A stretch of DNA of 63,176 nucleotides, counting the filler, from Nemertoderma westbladi (taxonomy: Eukaryota; Animalia; Xenacoelomorpha): the NCBI GenBank assembly GCA_032718475.1. It is 3 parts of 3 records of this genome, joined end to end, with 100 filler letters (N's around TTAATTAATTAA, not from the genome) between each part and the next. Parts side by side here need not be neighbours in the genome. Positions count along the whole stretch, not along the records: positions 1 to 20,099 come from JAUCBJ010000585.1; 2 more parts are not named here. The stretch is one strand, 5' to 3'. Made by a program: the position numbers and the translations under genes. Of this stretch, positions 1 to 12,538 are shown piece after piece; the stretch's first letter is position 1; every line of letters starts with the position of its first letter. The notes under the pieces were generated by a model. That model saw only the letters and a program-made list of their open reading frames with translations. It made no database searches and was not told the origin of the DNA.

Positions 1-243
1 TACCAACAAATCATTATAAAGGTTGAAGAATAACTGCAGTACGACTTTATGCATTATCGACCAGGGCACCTTTTTTAGATCTTAAATAACGGATTTATTT
101 AACTAGCGTCCGCAGCGAAATAGTCTAAAATACTGTAGTTCAGTAACTACAGTAATGCAGATGCAACTTTCAGTCTACTTAAAAATAAATGGAGACATTA
201 CTATGTTTTGAATTACAGATTTCATTATTTTTTATATTCACAG

Positions 244-346
244 GTTATCTAAACCAGATTCCGATACAGATCCTCAGTTTCGGTTGTGGTTGAGTTCCAA
301 GCCGGATCCATCGTTCCCATTACCTGTACTACAAGCTGGACTGAAG
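244..346 (+). CDS. Axonemal dynein heavy chain, internal exon (AAA6 region)
   Basis: Acceptor ...tattcacag|G and donor AAG|gtaagt. Translates LSKPDSDTDPQFRLWLSSKPDPSFPLPVLQAGLK, matching the dynein HC FRLWL(T/S)S.P...FP..LQ.G.K motif. Not in the ORF track. Confidence 0.9.
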
Positions 347-1170
347 GTAAGTAGACTTCGCTTACCTAGCTTAGCGAAAAAAATTTCACTTTTTTCAGAT
401 ATTATCTTCAAATACCACTTTCGAATCCTTGAATGTATCCCTGTATTTTTTTAAAAGAAGAATGTTTAAACTCCGCCATTTTTTGTCGGATTGGACATTT
501 CGAGCGTTGGTGCAGAATATACCAAAACAAAACAAAACATCCTACAAAATTTGAGCTATTAATCCCCAAAAAGGCTCCAAAAATGGAAATTTTTCGATCC
601 TGTTGGCCATAAAACGGCCCAGAGCCATATTTCGCGAAATATATATGTAAGTTTTGGATGCACTATGGTAGTAATCTTGTTCATTTTTCGCAATGCTGTA
701 GAAGAGAAAACAACTCTGATTAGGGTAACGTTGGAAACAAGGAGGTTGCTAGGACAACGATATACACAACAAGTTGCTGTTCTACCAACGATCCGGCTGT
801 GCGTGCAGCCGTATCTTGTTACCGTAGACTTTTTATTTCAAACTGAAAGAAACTGGATTTGCAAATAATGCAAACCGCAGCAGTCGAACTGTCACAATAT
901 TTTGACATTTTGCCCAAAAAGGCATTTTTGTCTCTCAAAAGGCCCCAGTATATCTTTATTTAGCATCCCTCCATTGTTTTAACATGATCTGTAAATGTCA
1001 TTCTACTTTCTAATAAAGCCAGAGAGCCATAATTGCAAAATATTTACCACCCCCCCCCCCCCCCCCCCCACGCCGCTTTTTAAAAACCGTGTCATATTTC
1101 GTACACTATTTTATTTATTTGCCCTTTTTTAAACAATTATCTTATTTCTTAAACGATTTCAACGCCATAG

Positions 1171-1395
1171 GTTGTCATTGAAAACCCGAGAGGATTAAAG
1201 GCAAACTTAGTACTGAGTCTTACTGAAGGGGGTGTGGCCAATCAGAACATCTTTAACTCAGAAAATCACAATCCATCACCATGGAAACCATTGCTGTTCG
1301 GTTTGTGTTTGTTCAACGCGGTTGTTCTAGAACGCAAGAAGTACGGAGCTTTAGGGTGGAACGTTGCATACGAATTCAACCAATCAGATCTCCAG
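1171..1395 (+). CDS. Axonemal dynein heavy chain, next exon (AAA6/lid region); DNAH6/DNAH14-like by motif
   Basis: Acceptor ...gccatag|GTT and donor CAG|gtacgt; 225 bp, in phase with the previous exon. Translates VVIENPRGLKANL...WKPLLFGLCLFNAVVLERKKYGALGWNVAYEFNQSDLQ, the canonical ERKK(F/Y)G.LGWN..YEFN.SDL motif. Confidence 0.92.
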
Positions 1396-1400
1396 GTACG

Positions 1401-2670
1401 TCCACGAAGCTAAGGAAAATCAACTACTTTCGCTAAGAAAGATTTTCCTTAGCTGAGATGGTCTATTCATAGTGGGCTATTTTACTTGTGTGAGGCAGAT
1501 TTGGTTTTTTTTGATAGGTGAAAAAACTAGCCTTTAAAAGTACCCTGAAATTTTGCATGTATATACTACTCGACGAGGCGCATCTTTTGGGCCGGGTCTC
1601 ATATCCAGGAAAAATCTGGTTTCCATGGCAACGGACTTCAAAAAAAGTCTATGTATTTCAAGTCAATATTTATAACTCTATTTGTAGGAAAACTATAATA
1701 GATATAAACTTGGGGTTTCTCAACTCAACTATAAGGTCCATAGCAGAGCCGATTGAAGTTAAATAGAAAATCCAGTTACCTTGGCAACCAGGCTAAACAG
1801 ATGTTAAAATTTATAAAATGTTAATTTGAAGCCTAAGGTTAAGGTGTTATTACTTGGGACCAACCCCTACCCCCACTATATAAATTATTCTGCGTCCGAA
1901 TTTGATTGTTCTATTTTGCAGTTACCATGACAACCGCTGAAAACAGATGTTTTTATGCAAAAATTACTCATTTGGACATAGACTTCATGATAAAATTTTA
2001 TGAAACTGGGTATGTGTTATCTGGACCACTAGTTGGGACTTTTGGTGAAACTGAAAACATTCCAGAAATATCTAGTTACCATGGTGACTGGAGTTTATTA
2101 AAGTCTATATCATTCAAGTCTAAATTCAATACTCTATTTGTAGCAAAATAATGTAATATATATAAATTTGGGGTTTTGCAACACATCTATAAGGTCCATC
2201 CATATACAAGCCGTTCCACGTTAATTACACAATCCAGTTACCATAGTAACAAGACTAAACAGATGTTAAAATTTATAAAATTATAATTATTGAAGCACAA
2301 GTTAATAGTATTATGACTTGGGACCAAGACCTACCCCCATTATATGACTGCATCCGAATTACATTGTTCTATTTTTCAGTTTCCATGACAACCACTGCAA
2401 ACAGTTGCATTTTAATAGAAAATCGGTAATTTGGACATAAACTACAATATTTTCTGAAACTTGGTATGTGTTGTCTGAACCACAATCTTTACTGAATCTT
2501 TTTTCAAAGGTAAAACCAACAGTTCCAGAGAACTCTAGTTTCCATGGGAATATAAGTTAATTATTGGCAAATGCTACTAAACGAGGCTAAGCAACGAACC
2601 AAAGTGTGGCCGTTTGTTTAATTTTCCTTAGCTTCGTGGTTGCATTTCCTTTAGGAAATGCCTTTCTAGT
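1401..2670 (+). mobile_element. Non-autonomous Helentron-type element (HINE/DINE-1-like), copy 1
   Basis: 5' subterminal IR ccacgaagctaaggaaaat with an adjacent partial inverted copy (gattttccttagc), internal degenerate tandem subrepeats, 3' subTIR attttccttagcttcgtgg, then hairpin gcatttcct-tt-aggaaatgc. Confidence 0.75.
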
Positions 2671-2802
2671 TTAAGTAGCAGTGACGTAATCAAACCATTA
2701 CAATCAGGTGAATATTTGGGGTGGTTTAGCAGTTCGGCTAATAAACTGATTATTAGAGACCATTGTGGGGTCAGTGACCTCTAAGTCACCCATAAGGATT
2801 AT

Positions 2803-4068
2803 TCCACGAAGCTAAGGAAAATCAACTACTTTCGCTAAGAAAGATTTTCCTTAGCTGAGATGGTCTATTCATAGTGGGCTATTTTACTTGTATGGAGCAG
2901 ATTTGGGGTTTTTTGATAGGTGAAAAAACTAGCCTTTAAAAGTACCCTGAAATTTTGCATGTATATACTTCTCGATGAGGCGCATCTTTTGGGCCGGGTC
3001 TCATATCCAGGAAAAATCTGGTTTCCATGGCAACGGACTTCAAAAAAAGTCTGTGTATTTCAAGTCAATATTTATAACTCTATTTGTAGGAAAACTATAA
3101 TAGATATAAACTTGGGGTTTCGCAACTCAACTATAAGGTCCATAGCAGATCCGATTGAGGCTAAATAGAAAATCCAGTTACCTTAGCAACCGGGATAAAC
3201 AGATGTTAAAATTTATAAAATGTTAATTTGAGGCCTAAGGGCAAGGTGTTATGACTTGGGACCAATCCCTACCCCCACTATATAACTTATTCTGCATCCG
3301 AATTACATTGTTCTATTTTTCAGTTACCATGACAACCGCTGAAAACAGATGTTTTTATTCAAAACTTATTCATTTGGACATAGACTTCATGATAAAATTT
3401 TACAAAACTGTGTATGTGTTATCTGGACCACTAGTTGGAACTTTTAGTGAAACTTAAATTATTCCAGAAATTTAGTTACCATGGTAACTGTAGTTTATTA
3501 AACTCTATATCATTCAAATCTATATTGATAACTCTATTTGTAGCAAAACTGTAATATATATAAACTTGAGGTTTTGCAACTCATCTATAAGATCCATATC
3601 CAAGCCGTTTGAGGTTAATTAGAAAATACAGTTACCATAGCAACAAGTCTAAACAGATGTTAAAATTTATAACATGATAATTTGAAGCACAAGTTAATAG
3701 TATTATGACTTGGGACTAACCCCTACCCCCACTATATGACTTATTCTGCATCCGAATTACATTGTTCTATTTTTTAGTTTCCATGACAACCACTGCAAAC
3801 AGATGCATTTTGATAGAAAATCGGTAATTTGGACATAAACTACAATATTTTCTGGAACTCAGTATGTGTTATCTGAACCACAATCTGTACTGAATTTTTT
3901 TTCAAAGGTTAAAGCAACAGTTCCAGAGAACTCTAGTTTCCATGGGAATATAAGTTAATTATTGACAATTGCTACTAAACGAGGCTAAGCAACGAACCAA
4001 AGTGTGGCCGTTTGTTTAATTTTCCTTAGCTTCGTGGTTGCATTTCCTTTAGGAAATGCCTTTCTCGT
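2803..4068 (+). mobile_element. HINE/DINE-1-like element, copy 2
   Basis: Same termini, subTIRs and 3' hairpin as copy 1, with high sequence similarity. Confidence 0.75.
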
Positions 4069-4101
4069 AAGAAATTAATAAGTTGTTTTTTGGTCGTATA
4101 A

Positions 4102-5952
4102 TCCACGAAGCTAAGGAAAATCAACTACTTTCGCTAAGAAAGATTTTCCTTAGCTGAGATGGTCTATTCATAGTGGGCTATTTTACTTGTGTGGGGCAGA
4201 TTTGGGGTTTTTTGGTCGGGGAAAAAACTAGCCTTTAAAAGTACCCTGAAATTTTGCATGTATATACAACTCATCAAGGCGCGTCGTGTGGGATGGGTCT
4301 CATATTCAGGAAAAATCTGGTTTCCATGGCAACGGACTTAGAAAAAAGTCTATGTATTTCAAGTCAATATTTATAACTCTATTTGTAGGAAAACTATAAT
4401 ACATATAAACTTGGGATTTCTCAACTCAACTATAAGGTCCATAGCAGAGCCGATTGAGGTTAAATAGAAATTCCAGTTACCTTGGCAACCGGGCTAAACA
4501 GATGTTAAAATTTATAAAATGTTAATTTGAAGCCTAAGGTTTATGTGTTATGTCTTGGGACCAACCCCTACCCCCACTATATGACTTATTCTGCGTCCGA
4601 ATTTCATTGTTTAATTTTGCAGTTACCATGACAACCGCTGAAAACAGATGTTTTTATACGAAAATAACTCATTTGGACATAGACTTCACGATAAAATTTT
4701 ACGAAACTGGATATGTGTTATCTGGACCACTAGTTCGAACTTTTAGTGAAACTCAAAACATTCCAGAAATATCTAGTTACCGTGGTAACTGGAGTTTATT
4801 ACAGATTATATCATTCAGGTCTATATTCATAACTCTATTTGTAGAAAAACCGCAATAGATATAAACTTGGGGTTTCTCAACTCAACTACAAGGGCCATAG
4901 TCGAGCAGATTGAGGTAAATTAAAAAATCCTGTTACCATGACAACCAGGCTAAACAGACGTTAAAATTTATAAAATGATAATTTTAAGCAAAAGTTAAAG
5001 CTATTATGACATGGGACCAAGCCCTACCCCCTCTATATAACTTATTCTGCATCCGAATTACGTTGTTCTATTTCTCACTTTCCATGGCAACCGCTGAAAA
5101 CATGAAAATTTGAAGCCTAAGGTTAAGGTGTTATGTCTTGGGACCAACCCCTACCCCCACTATATGACTTATTCTGCGTCCGAATTTCATTGTTTAATTT
5201 TGCAGTTACCATGACAACCGCTGAAAACAGATGTTTTTATACTAAAATAATTCATTTGGACATAGACTTCGCGATAAAATTTTACGAAACTGGGAATGTG
5301 TTATCTGGACCATTAGTTGGAACTTTTAGTGAAACTGAAAACATTCCAGAAATATCTTGTTACCATGGTAACTGGAGTTTATTAAAGTCTATATCATTCA
5401 AGTCTAAATTCAATAAAAACTCTATTTGTAGCAAAATAATGTAATAAATATAAATTTGGGGTTTTGCAACTCATCTGTAAGGTCCATATACAATCCATTC
5501 GAGGTTAATTACACAATCCAATTACCATAGCAACAAGACTAAACAGATGTTAAAATTTCTAAAATGATAATTTGAAACACAAGTTAATAGTATTATGACT
5601 TGGGACCAAGACCTACCCCCACTATATGACTTATTCTGCATCCGAATTACATTGTTCTATTTTTCAGTTTCCATGACAACCACTGCAAACAGATGCATTT
5701 TGATAGAAAATCGGTAATTTGGACATAAACTCAATATTTTCAAAACTTGGTATGTGTTGAACCACAATCTGGACTGAATCTTTTTTCAAAGGTAAAACCA
5801 ACAGTTCCAGAGAATTCTAGTTTCCATGGGAATATAAGTTATTTATTGGCAAATGCTACTAAACTAGGCTAAGCAACAAACCAAATTGTGGCCCTTTGTT
5901 TAATTTTCCTTAGCTTCGTGGTTGCATTTCCTTTAGGAAATGCTTTTCTCGT
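4102..5952 (+). mobile_element. HINE/DINE-1-like element, copy 3, with extra internal repeat units
   Basis: Same termini; internal block duplicated (about 4530-4850 recurs at about 5110-5430). Confidence 0.75.
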
Positions 5953-7887
5953 AAATTGGATTATACAACAGACCCTGAGGGACACTAATTATTGCTGTAA
6001 CCGCACACAACATCAACATGTCATTACATATAATAAGACATTCCAAGTGATTTGTAACGGAAAATAAAATAATACACCAAAGAGTAGTACCGGTACACAT
6101 ATAGGCCTTCAACTGTATCATTGGAGAGATAATTGAAACGTTTTGCAGAGAAACAGCGCAGCAGAAAAATATTTGTGTATTTTCAATCAAAATATGTTTT
6201 GAAAAATGCAGACACGACATATACAACTAGTAAAATGTTGGTTAACAAACTGTTTTAATTAGATCATTAATTAACTTTATTTAGAATAATTAAATAATGA
6301 CATGAATTAATTATTGGGTGACTGCGTGGACCACTTTTTTAGTTGTTTTTTGCTTCTTTACACTCTGAAACTGTACACAATCATTGTTTAAAAGGGATCC
6401 CATCCCGATCCCGAAAAACCTGGATCGCTGCAAAAAAATATAACCGCGATCCCGTATTTTGCCCCGTACAGTGAAGTGATAGTGGCACCATAACATAAAT
6501 TAATTATATCGAATTATAATATGTTAGTAAACAATCCAATAATCAACTGTAAAATAAGTTTAATATTCCTTACTAATTAAATACATATGGGTCATATTAC
6601 GTTGAAACTGCAATATGTGGAAGTTAAGAAAGGTAGACGGAGCGCAAGGTGCAGAAACCATTGGATCTAATTGATTTTGTGAATAAATAAAGGCAACACG
6701 TGACTGTCAATCTATATAACTTAGTTTACAACTACAATGAAATATTTTAATTTCAATATCATTTAAAAGTACCATAATTATTATGTTCCACAATATCCGC
6801 CCTTTCAATGGAATTATGGCAAATATAACAAATTGAAGGATTTTTGACACGTGAATCACGTGATGTTGTAAGATTGGTATTACGGGCATTACCTTTTTGG
6901 AGACACCTGACAGTTTTTGTAGGATTTAAAAGAGTTTTGTTCGTATATGCATTGAAATTATGCATATTAGTAATTTATTTATTTTTTTTTTTTAGTAATT
7001 TTAAGTATTGATATTTCTCATGGCAAAAATTGAAATTTGAATTTCCCGCCAATTTTATTCAGATTTTTCTGAAAAAGTTGCCTTTTTTCGAAATATATCT
7101 ATCTACTCCGTTATTTTTTACATTTCATTCGTTTGAAATTTGCAGTGGATGGTCTTGGCATATTGACCAATAAAACTGAAAATTTCAAACGAATTGATTG
7201 AAAAATGACTGCCTAGATAGGCAATAAATTCAAATAGTCATTTATGAATGTTTTTAAGGAAGTAGACAGCTGGCATTCTCACTTACCGGGGTTTCGTAGT
7301 CGCTGATATCAATTCTGATGTCAGTTTTCAGGTTTGGCCAAATATAGCCTGTCTGTCGGAATGTCTGTCTGTCTGTTGGTTTGTCTGACTTTCAATACAT
7401 CACAAACAATACGCATTTTATGTGTAAGATAGGTTGGGTCTTAGCGCAGGTAAGCAAACATAGAAAAAAGGTAGGGGTGGTGGTCGAGGGGGTCTGCAGC
7501 AAAAGCAAAAAAAAAACATTAGCCGACATACAGACCGACCGACAGACAGGCAACGAATGAAATATAATATAGTGTATGTAATTATATATGCAAAGTTCGC
7601 TTACTTCGTCGCTCGCTCCACACAGGCGCAGCTACACTAATAGTCCAGGAGATGTTTAATAGGGTTGGTGCGCGCAAAGAATTCAGGTTCATTAGTTACT
7701 AATATCATCGCATATGAAAGCTTAGAATCATACACGTATCTTTTATTATACTGAATATTGCGTGATTAATGCTGCATTAGTTCTAATTGTTTCTGAACAT
7801 CAAACGCGCACCAAACTTACTACTCTTATAACGTGAATGTGCAGGGAATACCAGAGGATTACCTGCATTAGCGAAGCTTCATCTTAA

Positions 7888-8197
7888 GCCCCGTTCACAT
7901 CCAACGGTGCGTGAGCGGTAAAGTAGTCTGGCGGTATTGAAGCGGTAAGCCAGCGGTACACTACCCGGAGCCCGTTCACACCCAACGGTACCGTTGCGGT
8001 AACTGATTGTCTATTTGTCGACTGTGAATTCAACAGGAAATTACATTAATTGTTTTAACATTGTTTAAATGGGCTGCGGTAAACCGCGCGGTTTATCGCA
8101 CAACTACTGTACCTGTTGGGTCGTTCACAGTCAGCGGTTTACCGCTGGCCCTGTGGTACACCGCGTGGTGTACCGTTCCGTTGGATGTGAACGGGCC
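7888..8197. mobile_element. MITE with about 20-bp TIRs flanked by TTAA
   Basis: ttaa-gccccgttcacatccaacgg ... ccgttggatgtgaacgggcc-ttaa. Superfamily (Harbinger or Kolobok) not resolvable. Confidence 0.8.
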
Positions 8198-8449
8198 TTA
8201 ATGACACCAATTAATACTGGGGGATTAATTAGTAGAGTTTAACAATGTTATAAACAACGTCAATGTGATTAATAACAGAGATGTTAAAGATAAAGAAATG
8301 TTAACGTTAAAACCTCATCTATACAACTAGAGATATTTATCTCCAAAAACATAGACATTGCACTAAATATACATAGACCCGCGACCCAAACCTACACTGA
8401 GAGTACAATATCATACATATACATAGATATAGTATATAGATACAATAGA

Positions 8450-8552
8450 TATAGTGCCACCGTATATATATCGTTAACAATAACTTATAGTGCCACCGTA
8501 TATATATCGTTAACAATAACTTATAGTGCCACCGTATATATATCGTTAACAA
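8450..8552. repeat. 36-bp minisatellite, about 3 copies
   Basis: atagtgccaccgtatatatatcgttaacaataactt repeated; this gives the LLLTIYIRWHYK repeats in the spurious ORF. Confidence 0.9.
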
Positions 8553-9706
8553 TATATCGCAGGTCACTGACTACTAACTGATATACATACCATACACCGA
8601 TCGGGTATCTAAGCGATGTTATTAATGTAATACTAATTAATTAATTAATTACTCGAGACATTGTGAGATGAAACGGTGGGCAACTTAACTGTAATATAAC
8701 TAAGATGGGGAGCAACTTACTAAATCGTTATAATACATTTATAATAAGTTGAAAGAAAACTCAACCTAACTAAATCGTGTAACAAATATACCATGCAAGT
8801 AAAGTAATATAGTAAGATGCAAACTAAGTAGTGTTACAGATTAACTAAATCATTGCTAAAATTACGCAAAAGTTAAAGAAATGTATTGAAATACCATAAC
8901 TATACACCAGTTACCATTCATTGAGATTAAGGTTTATAAAGCTAAACTAAGATATACGCTTTAATGCCTTGAGGCAGGTTACTATCAAAGATACTCAAAA
9001 TTAAAAAGTAACGTAGGACATATTATAAATGTTTACTGAACAAACAATTAACAACCCTCAGTGTATTATAGACAGCGTACTATATTTACATAATCGACAC
9101 AAAACTTTATGCTTTAATATAAGCGACCTATTAATTACAATAATACTCAACTGTGGAATTAGGGAAGCCCTTTATAGTGTTGAACCCCCAGGGTTCGGGA
9201 ATCGGAGTCCTTAAAAAATATATGTGCAGATCTCGACTCAAAGTTCGGCAATATTTCAACCAAAATGGTGGTTTCTTCATTAGAAAATGAACGTATTTGC
9301 TTCAATGATTGTTTAAATAAAGCCCACGTCATTACAGGAGTCTATTTTTATTAAATTTTTAAAAATATGTTTGGTTTGGGAAAAAATGTTGGTCTGATTC
9401 TGAGTCACCAGCCGTGGTTCGGCCCGGCCGGTTGTCCCGTGCCGTGGTACGACTGTCACGCGAATTTAGGCTTGCATATAGGTTGCTTATAAAAAGGCGT
9501 TTATACTAAAATCGAAGCAAAAGGCCTCAACAATTCCCCTAAGTTTAGTATATAGATTTGAGGTGCCGTTTCGAAATAAAAAAATATAGAGCTTTGAGTT
9601 TCTTGCACTTAAAATGATTCTCTATAATATAAATCACTGTCTCTCTTCTCTATATATCGATATGATTTCAATCAATCGAAGATTCCAATAAAAGAACCGG
9701 CAGTAT

Positions 9707-12538
9707 CTACAAGTAGAACAATCGGTGCGCCAACTCCAGTTTGGGTTCTTTGTTGTGGAGATGCATGCCGACCATCTGGCACAACTTGTGGGCGTATTGG
9801 CACGGGGCAGGGACCCTGACAGTGCCGGGCCAGTTGTAGTACATGTGGGTGAGCTTGTAGGCGAGTCGTTGCATGTGGTCCGGCTTCATACTGCCGGAGT
9901 CGTAGACGACGATGTAGTGGGTCGGCGAGACGGTGCCTTGACGCACGTGCTGCGAGATCAGGTAGAAGTCGTAGAGATCGACGCGCGTGATGCACTGATC
10001 GACGACGGTCCCGCTCCCGGGGTTGTCCACCGCGTCGGGGCCGCGACGCGCATATACCCGCTGGTTGATCCGCTTACCGACGACAACCACGGCGAACTTG
10101 GGGTCGTAGTCCTTCCCGAAACTCGCGAAGGTACCCCGGATCTGGACCACCTCGCTGTCCCGGACCACGCCCAGCTGCCCGTTACCCACTCCGTCTCGGA
10201 ACACGATGATCCTCTCCGGTAACGCGTGATTCTCGTCGTGCCACGCCTTGATCCCACACGCGATGTACATGGTGAGCCCGTCAATGATCTCCTGGTTCTT
10301 CCCCTGGATGAGAACTCGCGAGAACCACCTAGTGAAGTTCTTATTAAGGGAACTAACAACACCCGCGACCGATTTCCCTCCCGCTTTATCGTGGTACACA
10401 TCTATCCCGATCACCATGGTCGAGCGCAACGGATTATCCACGGCCCACAACTCCCCGCCTAACTTGGCGTTCATCTGTAGCGCGATCTTTTGCGAAATAC
10501 TCCGGAGTTTGTTGGGCTGACCGGAGATCGTCTTGGAGTTGATGCACTGACACGCGACCGGAAGGTCCGCGTAACACAACTTCTTCACGGCGGAGTAGCG
10601 ATCGTCCCTGGGCGTCGGGAATATCGTCACGACCATCTGGGTATCGGGGGTCAACGACGACTTTATATTGTTAACGTAGGTCTCCGTGCGATCGTCGCGT
10701 AGGGCCACGTACTGGGGCGCGTTCACGTTCATGCCGATCTGCTGGGCGACCTTCTGTAGAGTCAACACGAACTCGCGAGCGGCGCTCTCATTTCGGTTCA
10801 CGAAGAACAGAGACCAGACGCGGAGGTCCACCGCCGTGATCATCGGCTCCCGCACCACGTCCCGCGTCCAATCCGCCTCGGGGCCGCTCATTACCGTCTT
10901 CCGAGCCAACAGGATCTTCTCCTGCGGCAACAAGCGCGCCTCCGTGCCCAGCACGTCCTCGTCCAACTCCACCTTCCACTTCTCCATCTCGGCGCGCGCC
11001 TCGTTGCTCGCGTACAGCCGCTCCTTGAACTGCCGCATCACGGCCAACCGCTGGTTCGGCGTGACCCGCGTGTGCACCGCCACGTCCTTCATGACCCGGA
11101 AGTCGGCCCGTTGGGCGTCCGTCAACCCCGTCATGAAACACAACTCCGGGACCAGACAGACCATCTGGGTCTCCTCCTTCCCGTCCTGGGTACGCCGCTT
11201 CGGGTTGCTAACCAACAGCGGCTGCTCCAAGTCCGAGATGTTCACGTTGTAGTGGTCATTGTAGTAGTCCATATAGGCCTTCTCCCCTCCCTGGCGCGTT
11301 GGGAACGTACATGTTGGGTTCTTGTCCCAGAAGATGTCGTCAATCTTGTAGGTTCTGTTGTTGTACCGGGTCAACACGATCTGGCCTACCAGTTGCCTGT
11401 AGATGGTCTCCTTGAAGTTGTCCCGCGCTGTCCGGTATAACCCCTTCATGTACTGCAGCACGGTCTCAGTGCGCAGCAGCTTGTGTGACACATCGAGCAG
11501 CAACATGATCCCCCCGTCGTACTCCTCTATGGAGGTTATGTAGCCCGGCCACAACTCGATTTTGTGCTGCGGCACCTGCATCGGCGTCTTAGGGTCGTAG
11601 TAGTTCCGCCCGACCTGCGTCATCTTGAGGATGCGGAGAAGTTTCCGGAACAATATGTTGTACTGCTGGAGGCAGCGGCCCGGTCGCACCGACTTGACGA
11701 AGACGACTTCGATGGTGATGACCTCGTTGTCGGTGATCCGGGTTGACTGGAAGACAGTCCTCTGCTCCGGTAGCTCAATGGGGAGCCAGAGTTGGCTGCC
11801 GTCGAAGGTCTTGGTGTTCCCGAGGGCTTCACGATGCATGTCGAGGAGAGAAAAGCGCATGTCGCGACTGTCGATGTCTGGCGAGTAGTGCACGGCGTAC
11901 TGGTACAAACCGTAGTCGCGGGTTTTCAGTTTGATGTAGTTGACGAGCACATCCACCTTCTCGCCCGTCACCCCGATGTACTTCTTTACCTCCATATCGG
12001 CCTCCACAGCCCGTCCCATGACGGGCTGTGACGGCACCCGCTCCCCATGGCTGGGGCTGACGCCCATCGGCGGGGTGCGAACCGGGGCCCCCGGTACTCG
12101 CTCGGGGCTGGTACCCACGCGCGTCGAGCCCGTTACTGTCGCCTGCGCGGCGAACTGGGACGCCAGAGTCGTGTCCCCGGGCGGTTGGTGCTGCCGCATC
12201 TGTTGTAGCATCATCTGGGCGCGGCCCATCCCCGGTCGGGGCACCGCAGCCTCGGGTGGTCGCACAAGAGCGACTGCGGTTGCGTCACCACCCCCGCTGT
12301 GGTAGACGCCACCAGCGGTAGGCTCAGCCGGCGCTCCCGGGACGGGGTAGACACTCTGCTGAGCGGCGGCCAACAGAGCCCGGGCTCTCCCACCTGCTCG
12401 TCCGACTGGGGGCACCGCGGCGCCCACTGTAGGCATCGCACCCGGTTGCTGGACCCCTCTCCCCTCTTCGCTATCTCCTGCTTGCTTCTGAAGAGCCGCC
12501 AATAACGCGGCCCCTCTACCCCCTCTTCCCATAGCCAT
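9707..12538 (-). CDS. piwi: Piwi-clade Argonaute, PIWIL2/Ago3-like, intronless coding sequence, 943 aa
   Basis: Uninterrupted ORF. N-terminal GRG/GRA repeats; PAZ (VLTRYNNRTYKIDDI, LVPELCFMTGL); MID (RDDRYSAVKK, QMNAKLGGELW); PIWI with catalytic D (VIGIDVYHD), E (NQEIID), D (IVFRDGVG), H (YAHKL); C-terminal LFYL. GRGAALLAALQK and KLRSISQKIALQ resemble the Ago3/PIWIL2 clade. Confidence 0.97.
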   Translation of the reverse strand: MAMGRGGRGAALLAALQKQAGDSEEGRGVQQPGAMPTVGAAVPPVGRAGGRARALLAAAQQSVYPVPGAPAEPTAGGVYHSGGGDATAVALVRPPEAAVPRPGMGRAQMMLQQMRQHQPPGDTTLASQFAAQATVTGSTRVGTSPERVPGAPVRTPPMGVSPSHGERVPSQPVMGRAVEADMEVKKYIGVTGEKVDVLVNYIKLKTRDYGLYQYAVHYSPDIDSRDMRFSLLDMHREALGNTKTFDGSQLWLPIELPEQRTVFQSTRITDNEVITIEVVFVKSVRPGRCLQQYNILFRKLLRILKMTQVGRNYYDPKTPMQVPQHKIELWPGYITSIEEYDGGIMLLLDVSHKLLRTETVLQYMKGLYRTARDNFKETIYRQLVGQIVLTRYNNRTYKIDDIFWDKNPTCTFPTRQGGEKAYMDYYNDHYNVNISDLEQPLLVSNPKRRTQDGKEETQMVCLVPELCFMTGLTDAQRADFRVMKDVAVHTRVTPNQRLAVMRQFKERLYASNEARAEMEKWKVELDEDVLGTEARLLPQEKILLARKTVMSGPEADWTRDVVREPMITAVDLRVWSLFFVNRNESAAREFVLTLQKVAQQIGMNVNAPQYVALRDDRTETYVNNIKSSLTPDTQMVVTIFPTPRDDRYSAVKKLCYADLPVACQCINSKTISGQPNKLRSISQKIALQMNAKLGGELWAVDNPLRSTMVIGIDVYHDKAGGKSVAGVVSSLNKNFTRWFSRVLIQGKNQEIIDGLTMYIACGIKAWHDENHALPERIIVFRDGVGNGQLGVVRDSEVVQIRGTFASFGKDYDPKFAVVVVGKRINQRVYARRGPDAVDNPGSGTVVDQCITRVDLYDFYLISQHVRQGTVSPTHYIVVYDSGSMKPDHMQRLAYKLTHMYYNWPGTVRVPAPCQYAHKLCQMVGMHLHNKEPKLELAHRLFYL

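Noticed and set aside
1518-5444. Repeated short ORFs (MKKLAFK..., MSWDQPL...)
   Set aside because: Chance frames in the non-coding HINE repeats; frames and stops vary between copies.
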